Position numbers and translations under genes: made by a program
Part shown: positions 34,101-46,900 of the stretch, piece after piece
How positions within the stretch are numbered: the stretch's first letter is position 1
Layout: each line of letters opens with the position of its first letter
The notes under the pieces: model-generated
What the model was told of the DNA's origin: nothing
Seen by the model: only the letters and a program-made list of their open reading frames with translations
The model's database searches: none
NCBI GenBank assembly: GCA_026936335.1
Contig: JAPMXV010000063.1
Span: forward strand, 1 to 64,000
Source: Mantamonas sphyraenae STR306
Taxonomy: Eukaryota > Protista > CRuMs
DNA length: 64,000 nucleotides
Reading direction: 5' to 3'

Positions 34101-37100
34101 CGTCCTTCCCACTCACATACCCACTTCCGAACACATGCACCTCCGTGCCACCACTCACCGGACCGCTGCTAGGTGTCACCCCAGTCACAATCGACCCCAC
34201 AGCTTGCACTGTCACACCAGACCCGCGTGTGTACTGCTTCCCGTTCACGCTCACCTCCACACCCGCCGTCTGCGTGCTCAATCCGTTCACGCTGCACCTG
34301 CTACGTGATCCGTTCACCATTTCACAGTCGTACTCGTTCTCCCCTACACGAACACGCATCACACTGCCAAACCCATCCCATCCTTGCACATCCACGACAC
34401 ACACAAACGGCAATGCTGTCGCAACCACCGCCGGCGTCACTCTGCTCACTGTTGGTTGTGTGTACAACAGCAGCCGTGTCGTTCCCTCCACATACTGTTG
34501 TCCGTTCAGAGCCACATACACACTCGCGTTCACCTTGCCCACGCCAGCTCCCAACACAGGGCTCTCCACACGAACCAAGCTGCTGCTCACGCGTGTGCCC
34601 ACAAGCTCCCCACTGCTCCACCCGGTCCCGTTCAACACCACACGCACCGTGTCCCCCGTGGTCACACTTCCGAACGACCCCACCAGACTCACTGTTGTCG
34701 ACTCACTCCCCACAACTCCTCCTTGTGGTACCGTGCTTGCAACCACCCCTTCCCCTTCTCCGTACACCACAAATGTCGCCCCAGTCGCACTGAACGTCGA
34801 CCCATTGTTCGTCGACACTGCCACGGCCACACTGCCCACCATCAGACCGCTTGCAGGTGTTCTCACAACAATCTCACTCGAACTCATCACCTGTGTCACT
34901 CCACGCACATCCACCCCGCCAAACCGTACCACAGTCTCGTCCTTCCCACTCACATACCCACTTCCGAACACATGCACCTCTGTGCCACCACTCACCGGAC
35001 CGCTGCTAGGTGTCACCCCAGTCACAATCGACCCCACAGCTTGCACTGTCACACCAGACCCGCTTGTATACTGCTTCCCGTTCACGCTCACCTCCACACC
35101 CGCCGTCTGCGTGCTCAATCCGTTCACGCTGCACCTGCTACGTGATCCGTTCACCATTTCACAGTCGTACTCGTTCTCCCCTACACGAACACGCATCACA
35201 CTGCCAAACCCATCCCATCCTTGCACATCCACGACACACACAAACGGCAATGCTGTCGCAACCACCGCCGGCGTCACACTGCTCACTGTTGGTTGTGTGT
35301 ACAACAGCAGCCGTGTCGTTCCCTCCACATACTGTTGTCCGTTCAGAGCCACATACACACTCGCGTTCACCTTGCCCACGCCAGCTCCCAACACGGGGCT
35401 CTCCACACGAACCGAGCTGCTGCTCACGCGTGTGCCCACAAGCTCCCCACTGCTCCATCCGGTCCCGTTCAACACCACACGCACCGTGTCCCCCGTGGTC
35501 ACACTTCCGAACGACCCCACCAGACTCACTGTCGTCGACTCTTTCCCCACAACTCCTCCTTGTGGTACCGTGCTTGCAACCACCCCTTCCCCTTCTCCGT
35601 ACACCACAAATGTCGCCCCAGTTGCACTGAACGTCGACCCATTGTTCGTCGACACTGCCACGGTCACACTGCCCACCATCAGACCGCTTGCAGGTGTTCT
35701 CACAACAATCTCACTCGCACTCATCACCTGTGTCACTCCACGCACATCCACCCCACCAAACCGTACCACAGTCTCGTCCTTCCCACTCACATACCCACTT
35801 CCGAACACATGCACCTCCGTGCCACCACTCACCGAACCGCTCCTAGGTGTCACCCCAGTCACAATCGACCCCACAGCTTGCACTGTCACACCAGACCCGC
35901 GTGTGTACTGCTTCCCGTTCACGCTCACCTCCACACCCGCCGTCTGCGTGCTCAATCCGTTCACGCTGCACCTGCTACGTGATCCGTTCACCATTTCACA
36001 GTCGTACTCGTTCTCCCCTACACGCACACGCATCACATTGCCAAACCCATCCCATCCTTGCACATCCACGACACACACAAACGGCAATGCTGTCGCAACC
36101 ACCGCCGGCGTCACTCTGCTCACTGTTGGTTGTGTGTACAACAGCAGCCGTGTCGTTCCCTCCACATACTGTTGTCCGTTCAGAGCCACATACACACTCG
36201 CGTTCACCTTGCCCACGCCAGCTCCCAACACGGGGCTCTCCACACGAACCAAGCTGCTGCTCACGCGTGTGCCCACAAGCTCCCCACTGCTCCACCCGGT
36301 CCCGTTCAACACCACACGCACCGTGTCCCCCGTGGTCACACTTCCGAACGACCCCACCAGACTCACTGTCGTCGACTCTTTCCCCACAACTCCTCCTTGT
36401 GGTACCGTGCTTGCAACCACCCCTTCCCCTTCTCCGTACACCACAAATGTCGCCCCAGTCGCACTGAACGTCGACCCATTGTTCGTCGACACTGCCACGG
36501 TCACACTGCCCACCATCAGACCGCTTGCAGGTGTTCTCACAACAATCTCACTCGCACTCATCACCTGTGTCACTCCACGCACATCCACCCCGCCAAACCG
36601 TACCACAGTCTCGTCCTTCCCACTCACATACCCACTTCCGAACACATGCACCTCCGTGCCACCACTCACCGGACCGCTCCTAGGTGTCACCCCAGTCACA
36701 ATCGACCCCACAGCTTGCACTGTCACACCAGACTCGCTTGTGTACTGCTTCCCGTTCACGCTCACCTCCACACCCGCCGTCTGCGTGCTCAATCCGTTCA
36801 CGCTGCACCTGCTACGTGATCCGTTCACCATTTCACAGTCGTACTCGTTCTCCCCTACACGAACACGCATCACATTGCCAAACCCATCCCATCCTTGCAC
36901 ATCCACGACACACACAAACGGCAATGCTGTCGCAACCACCGCCGGCGTCACACTGCTCACTGTTGGTTGTGTGTACAACAGCAGCCGTGTCGTTCCCTTC
37001 ACATACTGTTGTCCGTTCAGAGCCACATACACACTCGCGTTCACCTTGCCCACGCCAGCTCCCAACACAGGGCTCTCCACACGAACCAAGCTGCTGCTCA

Positions 37101-39336
37101 CGCGTGTGCCCACAAGCTCCCCACTGCTCCACCCGGTCCCGTTCAACACCACACGCACCGTGTCCCCCGTGGTCACACTTCCGAACGACCCCACCAGACT
37201 CACTGTCGTCGACTCACTCCCCACAACTCCTCCTTGTGGTACCGTGCTTGCAACCACCCCTTCCCCTTCTCCGTACACCACAAATGTCGCCCCAGTCGCA
37301 CTGAACGTCGACCCATTGTTCGTCGACACTGCCACGGTCACACTGCCCACCATCAGACCGCTTGCAGGTGTTCTCACAACAATCTCACTCGAACTCATCA
37401 CCTGTGTCACTCCACGCACATCCACCCCACCAAACCGTACCACAGTCTCGTCCTTCCCACTCACATACCCACTTCCGAACACATGCACCTCCGTGCCACC
37501 ACTCACCGGACCGCTGCTAGGTGTCACTCCACTCACCGCAGCTCTCACCGCCGTAACGCGTACGGTGCTCCCAAGTGAGTACTGCTGTCCACCGTTCAAT
37601 GACACGCTCACAGCATGACTACCAGCTTCCAGACTTACTTCGGCGCTGATGAGGCTGTTGTTCACATACCCGCCGCTCGCTTGTATCGTTCCAACCTGCA
37701 CGACGATTGCTCCCGTGTCCACGAATCCCGTGCCCAGTACAGACAGCTGCTGAGTCCTTCTTTCCGCCACAGTCTTTGGAGAAAGATCATTCACCGTTGG
37801 CAGAACACTCACGTTCACACGCATGTCGGAACTTGAATCCACTCTGCCGTACACCTCCCCGTTTGTCGTCAATCCGATGCCATACTCGCCGCTGTCAACA
37901 TCGGCAAACTTCACTGTCCTACACCGCACCTCAGTGTACGAAACATACGTGCAGCTCACCTCTTGCACACTGCCCACCCTGCATCGGATCTTCCCTGTGC
38001 TGTTGAAACCAACGCCCCGTACCGTCAGCTCGGTGCCTCCTAGCACACTTCCCCATCGTGGTGTCACCGTGTCTGCGCGAAACAATGTCAATCTTCGTGG
38101 TCCTGCGTACTGCTGTCCGTTCAAGGACACGTACACGTCCACATTTCCAACCATCCCCGTGGCGTTCATCTCCACACGTATGATTGCACTGTTCACAAAC
38201 TCTGCCTTTGGCTCAACCATCAACCCGTCTTCTGCTCGCACCACTTGAACGCGAAGTCCACTCCCAGTGTCTGCGAAAAATTTTCCACTCGCAGGAATCA
38301 ACTCCACACCACCACTTCCATCCGGCATACTTGGCATCGTGTTCGGGACGACCCCTCCCAGCCCATGGTCAGCAAACACCTGTCCTGTCGCACTGGCACC
38401 ACTTTCAAACTGCACCCCATTCGGTGCCACCTGCACTTGCATCTGCGTCACCTGACCATTGCTCACCGCCACAACACCCTCCAGCAATCCCAACCGGGTT
38501 TGCACCGAGCCACCCGTTCCAGTTCCTGCGCTGCCCACAAACACACCGTCTCGCTCTTGGACCACCAAACCCCCAACAAGCACTCGCACTTTTGGTATGT
38601 CTTGTGTTTCCGTCAGCCCAGCACCACTGATGTTCACGGTTGCTTCTGCGTTGCGCTGAATGGCCTGTGGGAACGCCACCATGCTACCCGTCACGTTGTA
38701 CACATACACCACGCTTCCTGTGCTCTCATACTGTTGCCCATTCATCGTCACACTCACAGAGTACTGCCCAATCTTCGTCAAAGAGCCGGTGGTGCACTGC
38801 AACCTCGTGCTGTCCACCACTGCTGCCATCATGTATGCCACACTCCCGTCTGGCCCTGTCAAGCGACATCGTGTCACAACTGAAACGTCATTTCCCACGC
38901 TTCCGTTGACCATTCCACTTCCAGATACGTTCAGAAGAGTGCCCCCCGAGGTCGGCCCGCTCTTTGGCCGAACAGACACAAAGGACACGGTGTACACCAG
39001 AAATGAGACGTTGGCCATTGAATACACGCTTTCTGCGCGTAGCTGGACCACTTCCTGCCCATCAACAAGGTGAGATAGAGGCGGTGTCCGGCAGACAATG
39101 GACGAGCTCGTCAAAGGGTCGCAATCAACCAACGCCACCTGGCCACCATCTTTTGCAACCAAGGTGAGGTTGACTCCTGCAAGGTGCAAGTTGATGCCAG
39201 AAACCGTGATAGATGTGTTTCCAGTGACTGGTCCGAGCGTGGGCTGTACAGATTGGACCACAGGAAAGGTGATGTTGCAGGCCGTGTTGCCTTCGCCCAG
39301 AGATGTGCTTCCAGGTGCGCAAGGCGTGCAACTTAA
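31005..39336. repeat. Left arm of a large inverted repeat (partner 42326-50671)
   Basis: Paired coordinates sum to a constant (39336+42326, 37618+44044 and 33968+47694 = 81662; 31413+50248 = 81661). Near-identical apart from the arm-specific modules, scattered SNPs and a 15-bp indel in the 3' UTR. Confidence 0.95.
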
Positions 39337-40727
39337 ACTGCCACTGTATGCAGTGTACGAGTTAGCGGGGCATATAGTGCAGTTGGGAAGCCCTGTTGGG
39401 ATCGCCGTGAGGGCCTGCAGTGTTTTCGTTCCGGGAGGACAACCATCAACCGCCTCGGTCAAGAAGGGGCCACCAAAGCGAATCGTGCCCCCAACGAATA
39501 CACGCCCTGACGGCGAAACGGACACACCCGTTACCGTTTCTTCCTGTGAGACGCCCCACTGTGTTGAGGTTTGCAAAGAGAAGGTCTCCATGTCAACACG
39601 AGCAAGAAAGTTGTCAAAGTCACCCACGTTCGGACCCCATGCACTTCCTTGTGTGCCTCCAGTGACAAGTGCAGTATTTGACGACTCAAGGGCCAACTTT
39701 CGTGGTTGGTCATTGCTTGACGAGCCGAATAAGAGAGATTTCTCGGTTGACCCAGTTGTTGCGTTGAGCAGGAGCAGGACAACATCAGACCCCCCCAGAG
39801 GGGCGTATCCTGATACACCCGCGCTTGTGCTGTAGGCATGCACAATCCCAAGTTGCGTGGGAAGTACTAAAGCATTGAAATCTGCTTGAGCGGACCCCAG
39901 CTGGCGAGAAATTACTACTTCACCGTTGTGCGCTGCAAGAACGGCCACCCAAGTGTCGCTGGAGCCAATGGACGTGCCCCCGTTGAAATTCCCGCTCGTG
40001 GTTCCGCTGAGAAGGATGCGATCATTCATATCAAAGGCAATGCTTTGCGGGGTGCTCGATCCCGTTGCTGATACTTGAACTTGCCAAACGATGGAGCCGT
40101 GAACATCCAATAATGCCACGAAAATGGGATTATTACCAGTGAATGGTTTCCCTACGACTGCCACACGCGTGCCGGCACCGTTCAACGCAATTCCTGCCAG
40201 CTGGTCAAAGGACGCTGTTCCCATCTGAGTCCACCACATAATGGTTGAACCATTCGCCGCCAAACGCGCTACCACATAGTCAGAGAATCCGGCATTGGTG
40301 GAACCTGCGTAGACACCAGATGATTCGCCAGCGACGATAACGTCGCCGGATGGCAGGGACACACAATCTCGTACGGTGTCGTCTTCTGTGGTCCCGAACT
40401 GGCTTGTTCGCATCAGGGTACCGTTGTATGCGAACATGGACACGTACATATCCTTCTTCCCGACACTGGTGGTTCCTGGGAACACGGCACCGCTTCCTGT
40501 GAGAGTGCGAGCTGGTAAGGGAGGGTCTGTGCACGGCACCAAATCGGACATCTCCGGAGACACCTACCCGTCGTCCCGCAAACAGCGACCAAGTCTTGCT
40601 GGGCCGATGGCACACTTGTTTCTGCGCTGGATCCCCATGTGGCCGTCCATAGTGCAAGGGTGAGCGGAACGACCGTCAGCAGTGTCACAACTAGCTCGAG
40701 ACGTAGTTTCGAATTCGGACGTTTCAT
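31413..40727 (-). CDS. Giant surface receptor L: signal peptide, SBBP-like propeller head, IPT/TIG repeat stalk (module A), Cys-rich region, ~7-TM C-terminal domain; intron 40567-40497; +1 frameshift at 33188-33190
   Basis: Exon 1 MKRPNSKLRLELVVTLLTVVPLTLA... spliced (GTAGGT...ACAG, phase 1) to ORF 33037-40563. P.SGP..GGT.V.V.G.G IPT motifs. ORF 31413-33329 supplies the TM part, almost identical to the right copy. Confidence 0.85.
33946..37530 (-). repeat. 837-bp (279-aa) tandem repeat array, 4 full units plus a partial unit, each with module A
   Basis: Shadow ORFs recur every 837 bp (34173, 35010, 35847, 36684). Module ATALPFVCVVDVQGWDGF...VGSIV occurs four times. Confidence 0.95.
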
Positions 40728-40915
40728 TGTCAAAACGGCCGCACCGCACCTTGTCCTGTTCGAACACAACGCATGCACGCACGGTCAACACCCCATTCAC
40801 CACCCGCACCATGTAGTTGCTTTCACCTCATACGTCCCATTCAAGATCGTGGCAGCACATGTCAACATCCCGTCCCAATGCAATTTGCGCCGAGCTCACA
40901 ACTTTTTTGTTCTCC
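40728..40915. promoter_or_regulatory. Putative bidirectional promoter of the two receptor genes, containing the palindrome axis (~40831)
   Basis: 188 bp between divergent ATGs at 40727 (-) and 40916 (+), each opening a signal peptide. Position-based inference only. Confidence 0.65.
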
Positions 40916-43900
40916 ATGAAGTTGCAACCGAACTTGTTCCTTGTGCTTGTGTTTGCCCCATGTGTCCTTTGTGCTTGGACAAAAGTGCTACCGTACACGG
41001 CGAACCAAATCCCGCCAGCTTCTGTGCTGAGTATGGTGCTTGACAGGACCAACGGCAGCCTCGTGCACACGGCATCGCCTTTTTTGGGTACGTGGGCCGT
41101 GCACTTGAAAACACTTGCGCGCCATTGTTGTCGCTGACTCAGAACCATCGACACAGACTTCGGAACAAACAATGACTTGAGTGGCTCTAAAATCACATCT
41201 TTCACGCTAGACGGTGATATTGTGCGCGTTGTGGCGTTTCCCAGCGACTACGGGGAGTTCGCCTCCAGCGTTGCTTCTCTTCCGAACGGCGAGCTCCTCG
41301 TGTGTGGCACCACCTCTGCTTCAAAAACAACGACTTTTGATGGCTCCACTGCTTCGGTCCCATATGTACAAAAGGATCTTTTCATGGCCAGACTGTTTGC
41401 CAATGGCAGCAAAGCCTGGGTTGCCTTTGCGAACTGCTCTGGCTGTGGACAGCTCAGCCATACCGTCATTGATACATCGAGCACTCGAGCTGTGCATTGT
41501 GGTGTTCAAGGCAAAGAGCAACCTTTACTCCCAAACATTGGAGGAGATTTGGACATCCTTTGCATTTGCCGGGCTCTAGATGGAACACTGCTCTGGCGCG
41601 CTGTGGTCGGCAGTGTCAACACTGATAATGTTGGTAGTGTCATCCTCGATCACGATGGAAATGTGCTGCTTCTTTCCAACTCTGGATCATCAGCATACCT
41701 TCGTCGTCTCAACATATCCACAGGAGAGTTACTCTCTGCGCAGGAGCTACTGGCGGCTGATGGTTCGCCATTTGCGTGGTCGAGCTTGACTGAGCCTCTG
41801 AGCCCGCCAATGTCTTCATCCTTGATCCATGGTGAAAATTCAAGCATCGTGTACATCGGCGGGAGGGTGAACATTGAGAGCCGCCAAGTGGCAATTCTGA
41901 TCAAACGAAACGCAAACGCGACGTTGTGGACAACGCTCTATCCAGAGAGGTTGCAGAGTAGTGGCTTTCACACATTGTCGCAAACGAATAGTTTTGTGTA
42001 TGCTGCCGGGTTCTACGGTCCGACAGCATCGCTTACCCTACAATCAACCCAGGCAATTGTGTGCCAGATTGCAAAGCATGACGGCCGCATCAACGATTGT
42101 CGCAGAACGAGTCCATCGCCTTCATTCTACGCAGCTTCGCTTCCAGTCGACGATGTTCTCTTTGCAGCTGGGGGGTGGCGAACCGACGAGCTACGGCCAG
42201 TTCTTCGTCGTGCTTGGGATGCCTGTGAAGTTGGAACAACGGCAAACGGTGGACCAAACGCTTCCCCATCACCCTCTACATGCACCCCATGCCCTTCCAA
42301 CGCCTACAGCAACGTGACTGGCGCCTTAAGTTGCACGCCTTGCGCACCTGGAAGCACATCTCTGGGTGAAGGGAACACGGCCTGCAACATCACCTTTCCT
42401 GTGGTCCAATCTGTACAGCCCACGCTCGGACCAGTCACTGGAAACACATCTATCACGGTTTCCGGCATCAACTTGCACCTTGCAGGAGTCAACCTCACCT
42501 TGGTTGCCAAAGATGGTGGCCAGGTGGCGTTGGTTGATTGCGACCCTTTGACGAGCTCGTCCATTGTCTGCCGTACACCGCCTCTATCTCACCTTGTTGA
42601 TGGGCAGGAAGTGGTTCAGCTACGCGCAGAAAGCGTGTATTCAATGGCCAACGTCTCATTTCTGGTGTACACCGTGTCCTTTGTGTCTGTTCGGCCAAAG
42701 AGCGGGCCGACCTCGGGGGGCACTCTTCTGAACGTATCTGGAAGTGGAATGGTCAACGGAAGCGTGGGAAATGACGTTTCAGTTGTGACACGATGTCGCT
42801 TGACAGGGCCAGACGGGAGTGTGGCATACATGATGGCAGCAGTGGTGGACAGCACGAGGTTGCAGTGCACCACCGGCTCTTTGACGAAGATTGGGCAGTA
42901 CTCTGTGAGTGTGACGATGAATGGGCAACAGTATGAGAGCACAGGAAGCGTGGTGTATGTGTACAACGTGACGGGTAGCATGGTGGCGTTCCCACAGGCC
43001 ATTCAGCGCAACGCAGAAGCAACCGTGAACATCAGTGGTGCTGGGCTGGTGGAAACACAAGACATACCAAAAGTGCGCGTGCTTGTTGGGGGTTTGGTGG
43101 TCCAAGAGCGAGACGGTGTGTTTGTGGGCAGCGCAGGAACTGGAACGGGTGGCTCGGTGCAAACCCGGTTGGGATTGCTGGAGGGTGTTGTGGCGGTGAG
43201 CAATGGTCAGGTGACGCAGATGCAAGTGCAGGTGGCACCGAATGGGGTGCAGTTTGAAAGTGGTGCCAGTGCGACAGGACAGGTGTTTGCTGACCATGGG
43301 CTGGGAGGGGTCGTCCCGAACACGATGCCAAGTATGCCGGATGGAAGTGGTGGTGTGGAGTTGATTCCTGCGAGTGGAAAATTTTTCGCAGACACTGGGA
43401 GTGGACTGCGCGTTCAAGTGGTGCGAGCAGAAGACGGGTTGATGGTTGAGCCAAAGGCAGAGTTTGTGAACAGTGCAATCATACGTGTGGAGATGAACGC
43501 CACGGGGATGGTTGGAAATGTGGACGTGTACGTGTCCTTGAACGGACAGCAGTACGCAGGACCACGAAGATTGACATTGTTTCGCGCAGACACGGTGACA
43601 CCACGATGGGGAAGTGTGCTAGGAGGCACCGAGCTGACGGTACGGGGCGTGGGTTTCAACAGCACAGGGAAGATCCGATGCAGGGTGGGCAGTGTGCAAG
43701 AGGTGAGCTGCACGTATGTTTCGTACACTGAGGTGCGGTGTAGGACAGTGAAGTTTGCCGATGTTGACAGCGGCGAGTATGGCATCGGAGTGACGACAAA
43801 CGGGGAGGTGTACGGCAGAGTGGATTCAAGTTCCGACATGCGTGTGAACGTGAGTGTTCTGCCAACGGTGAATGATCTTTCTCCAAAGACTGTGGCGGAA

Positions 43901-46900
43901 AGAAGGACTCAGCAGCTGTCTGTACTGGGCACGGGATTCGTGGACACGGGAGCAATCGTCGTGCAGGTTGGAACGATACAAGCGAGCGGCGGGTATGTGA
44001 ACAACAGCCTCATCAGCGCCGAAGTAAGTCTGGAAGCTGGTAGTCATGCTGTGAGCGTGTCATTGAACGGTGGACAGCAGTACTCACTTGGGAGCACCGT
44101 ACGCGTTACGGCGGTGAGAGCTGCGGTGAGTGGAGTGACACCTAGCAGCGGTCCGGTGAGTGGTGGCACAGAGGTGCATGTGTTCGGAAGTGGGTATGTG
44201 AGTGGGAAGGACGAGACTGTGGTACGGTTTGGCGGGGTGGATGTGCGTGGAGTGACACAGGTGATGAGTGCGAGTGAGATTGTTGTGAGAACACCTGCAA
44301 GCGGTCTGATGGTGGGCAGTGTGACCGTGGCAGTGTCGACGAACAATGGGTCGACGTTCAGTGCGACTGGGGCGACATTTGTGGTGTACGGAGAAGGGGA
44401 AGGGGTGGTTGCAAGCACGGTACCACAAGGAGGAGTTGTGGGGAAAGAGTCGACGACAGTGAGTCTGGTGGGGTCGTTCGGAAGTGTGACCACGGGGGAC
44501 ACGGTGCGTGTGGTGTTGAACGGGACCGGGTGGAGCAGTGGGGAGCTTGTGGGCACACGCGTGAGCAGCAGCTTGGTTCGTGTGGAGAGCCCCGTGTTGG
44601 GAGCTGGCGTGGGCAAGGTGAACGCGAGTGTGTATGTGGCTCTGAACGGACAACAGTATGTGAAGGGAACGACACGGCTGCTGTTGTACACACAACCAAC
44701 AGTGAGCAGTGTGACGCCGGCGGTGATCGCATCGGGGCTGGAACGCCTGGTGCGTGTGGACGGCCACGGGTTTTTGGATCTAGGAGCGACGGCAATGTCA
44801 TTCTCGGGAAGTACAAGCAAAGGGTGCACGTACATTTCGCCAACGCGAGTGGAATGCAGTATTGGGCCGCTGGAGGATGCAACGGGCAGTGTGTCTGTGG
44901 CCCTGAATGGGGTTCAGTTTGTGGCTGGGGAAGGAGCGGTGATGCAGGTGGTTAGCGGGGTGGTGAGTGGAGTGACACCTAGCAGCGGTCCGGTGAGTGG
45001 TGGCACGGAGGTGCATGTGTTCGGAAGTGGGTATGTGAGTGGGAAGGACGAGACTGTGGTACGGTTTGGCGGGGTGGATGTGCGTGGAGTGACACAGGTG
45101 ATGAGTGCGAGTGAGATTGTTGTGAGAACACCTGCAAGCGGTCTGATGGTGGGCAGTGTGACCGTGGCAGTGTCGACGAACAATGGGTCGACGTTCAGTG
45201 CGACTGGGGCGACATTTGTGGTGTACGGAGAAGGGGAAGGGGTGGTTGCAAGCACGGTACCACAAGGAGGAGTTGTGGGGAGTGAGTCGACGACAGTGAG
45301 TCTGGTGGGGTCGTTCGGAAGTGTGACCACGGGGGACACGGTGCGTGTGGTGTTGAACGGGACCGGGTGGAGCAGTGGGGAGCTTGTGGGCACACGCGTG
45401 AGCAGCAGCTTGGTTCGTGTGGAGAGCCCCGTGTTGGGAGCTGGCGTGGGCAAGGTGAACGCGAGTGTGTATGTGGCTCTGAACGGACAACAGTATGTGA
45501 AGGGAACGACACGGCTGCTGTTGTACACACAACCAACAGTGAGCAGTGTGACGCCGGCGGTGATCGCATCGGGGCTGGAACGCCTGGTGCGTGTGGACGG
45601 CCACGGGTTTTTGGATCTAGGAGCGACGGCAATGTCATTCTCGGGAAGTACAAGCAAAGGGTGCACGTACATTTCGCCAACGCGAGTGGAATGCAGTATT
45701 GGGCCGCTGGAGGATGCAACGGGCAGTGTGTCTGTGGCCCTGAATGGGGTTCAGTTTGTGGCTGGGGAAGGAGCGGTGATGCAGGTGGTTAGCGGGGTGG
45801 TGAGTGGAGTGACACCCAGCAGCGGTCCGGTGAGTGGTGGCACGGAGGTGCATGTGTTCGGAAGTGGGTATGTGAGTGGGAAGGACGAGACTGTGGTACG
45901 GTTTGGTGGGGTGGATGTGCGTGGAGTGACACAGGTGATGAGTTCGAGTGAGATTGTTGTAAGAACACCTGCAAGCGGTCTGATGGTGGGCAGTGTGACC
46001 GTGGCAGTGTCGACGAACAATGGGTCGACGTTCAGTGCGACTGGGGCGACATTTGTGGTGTACGGAGAAGGGGAAGGGGTGGTTGCAAGCACGGTACCAC
46101 AAGGAGGAGTTGTGGGGAGTGAGTCGACGACAGTGAGTCTGGTGGGGTCGTTCGGAAGTGTGACCACGGGGGACACGGTGCGTGTGGTGTTGAATGGGAC
46201 CGGATGGAGCAGTGGGGAGCTTGTGGGCACACGCGTGAGCAGCAGCTCGGTTCGTGTGGAGAGCCCTGTGTTGGGAGCTGGCGTGGGCAAGGTGAACGCA
46301 AGTGTGTATGTGGCTCTGAACGGACAACAGTATGTGGAGGGAACGACACGGCTGCTGTTGTACACACAACCAACAGTGAGCAGTGTGACGCCGGCGGTGA
46401 TCGCATCGGGGCTGGAACGCCTGGTGCGTGTGGACGGCCACGGGTTGTTGGATCTAGGAGCGACGGCAATGTCATTCTCGGGAAGTACAAGCAAAGGGTG
46501 CACGTACATTTCGCCAACGCAAGTGGAATGCAGTATTGGGCCGCTGGAGGATGCAACGGGCAGTGTGTCTGTGGCCCTGAATGGGGTTCAGTTTGTGGCT
46601 GGGGAAGGAGCGGTGATGCAGGTGGTTAGCGGGGTGGTGAGTGGAGTGACACCCAGCAGCGGTCCGGTGAGTGGTGGCACGGAGGTGCATGTGTTCGGAA
46701 GTGGGTATGTGAGTGGGAAGGACGAGACTGTGGTACGGTTTGGCGGGGTGGATGTGCGTGGAGTGACACAGGTGATGAGTGCGAGTGAGATTGTTGTGAG
46801 AACACCTGCAAGCGGTCTGATGGTGGGCAGTGTGACCGTGGCAGTGTCGACGAACAATGGGTCGACGTTCAGTGCGACTGGGGCGACATTTGTGGTGTAC

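Noticed and set aside
33968-37618. Long antisense or alternative-frame ORFs (e.g. 33968-37618 +, 8527-10923 +, 13514-15673 +, 22511-24736 -, 27296-29521 -, 50238-52430 +)
   Set aside because: Shadow ORFs of real genes in GC-rich, strand-skewed sequence, with no recognisable motifs.
39333-42329. TTAA at both inner palindrome boundaries as piggyBac target sites
   Set aside because: The two TTAA are the same homologous position in the inverted arms. Weaker codon-level homology continues inward, and no transposase or terminal inverted repeats are visible.
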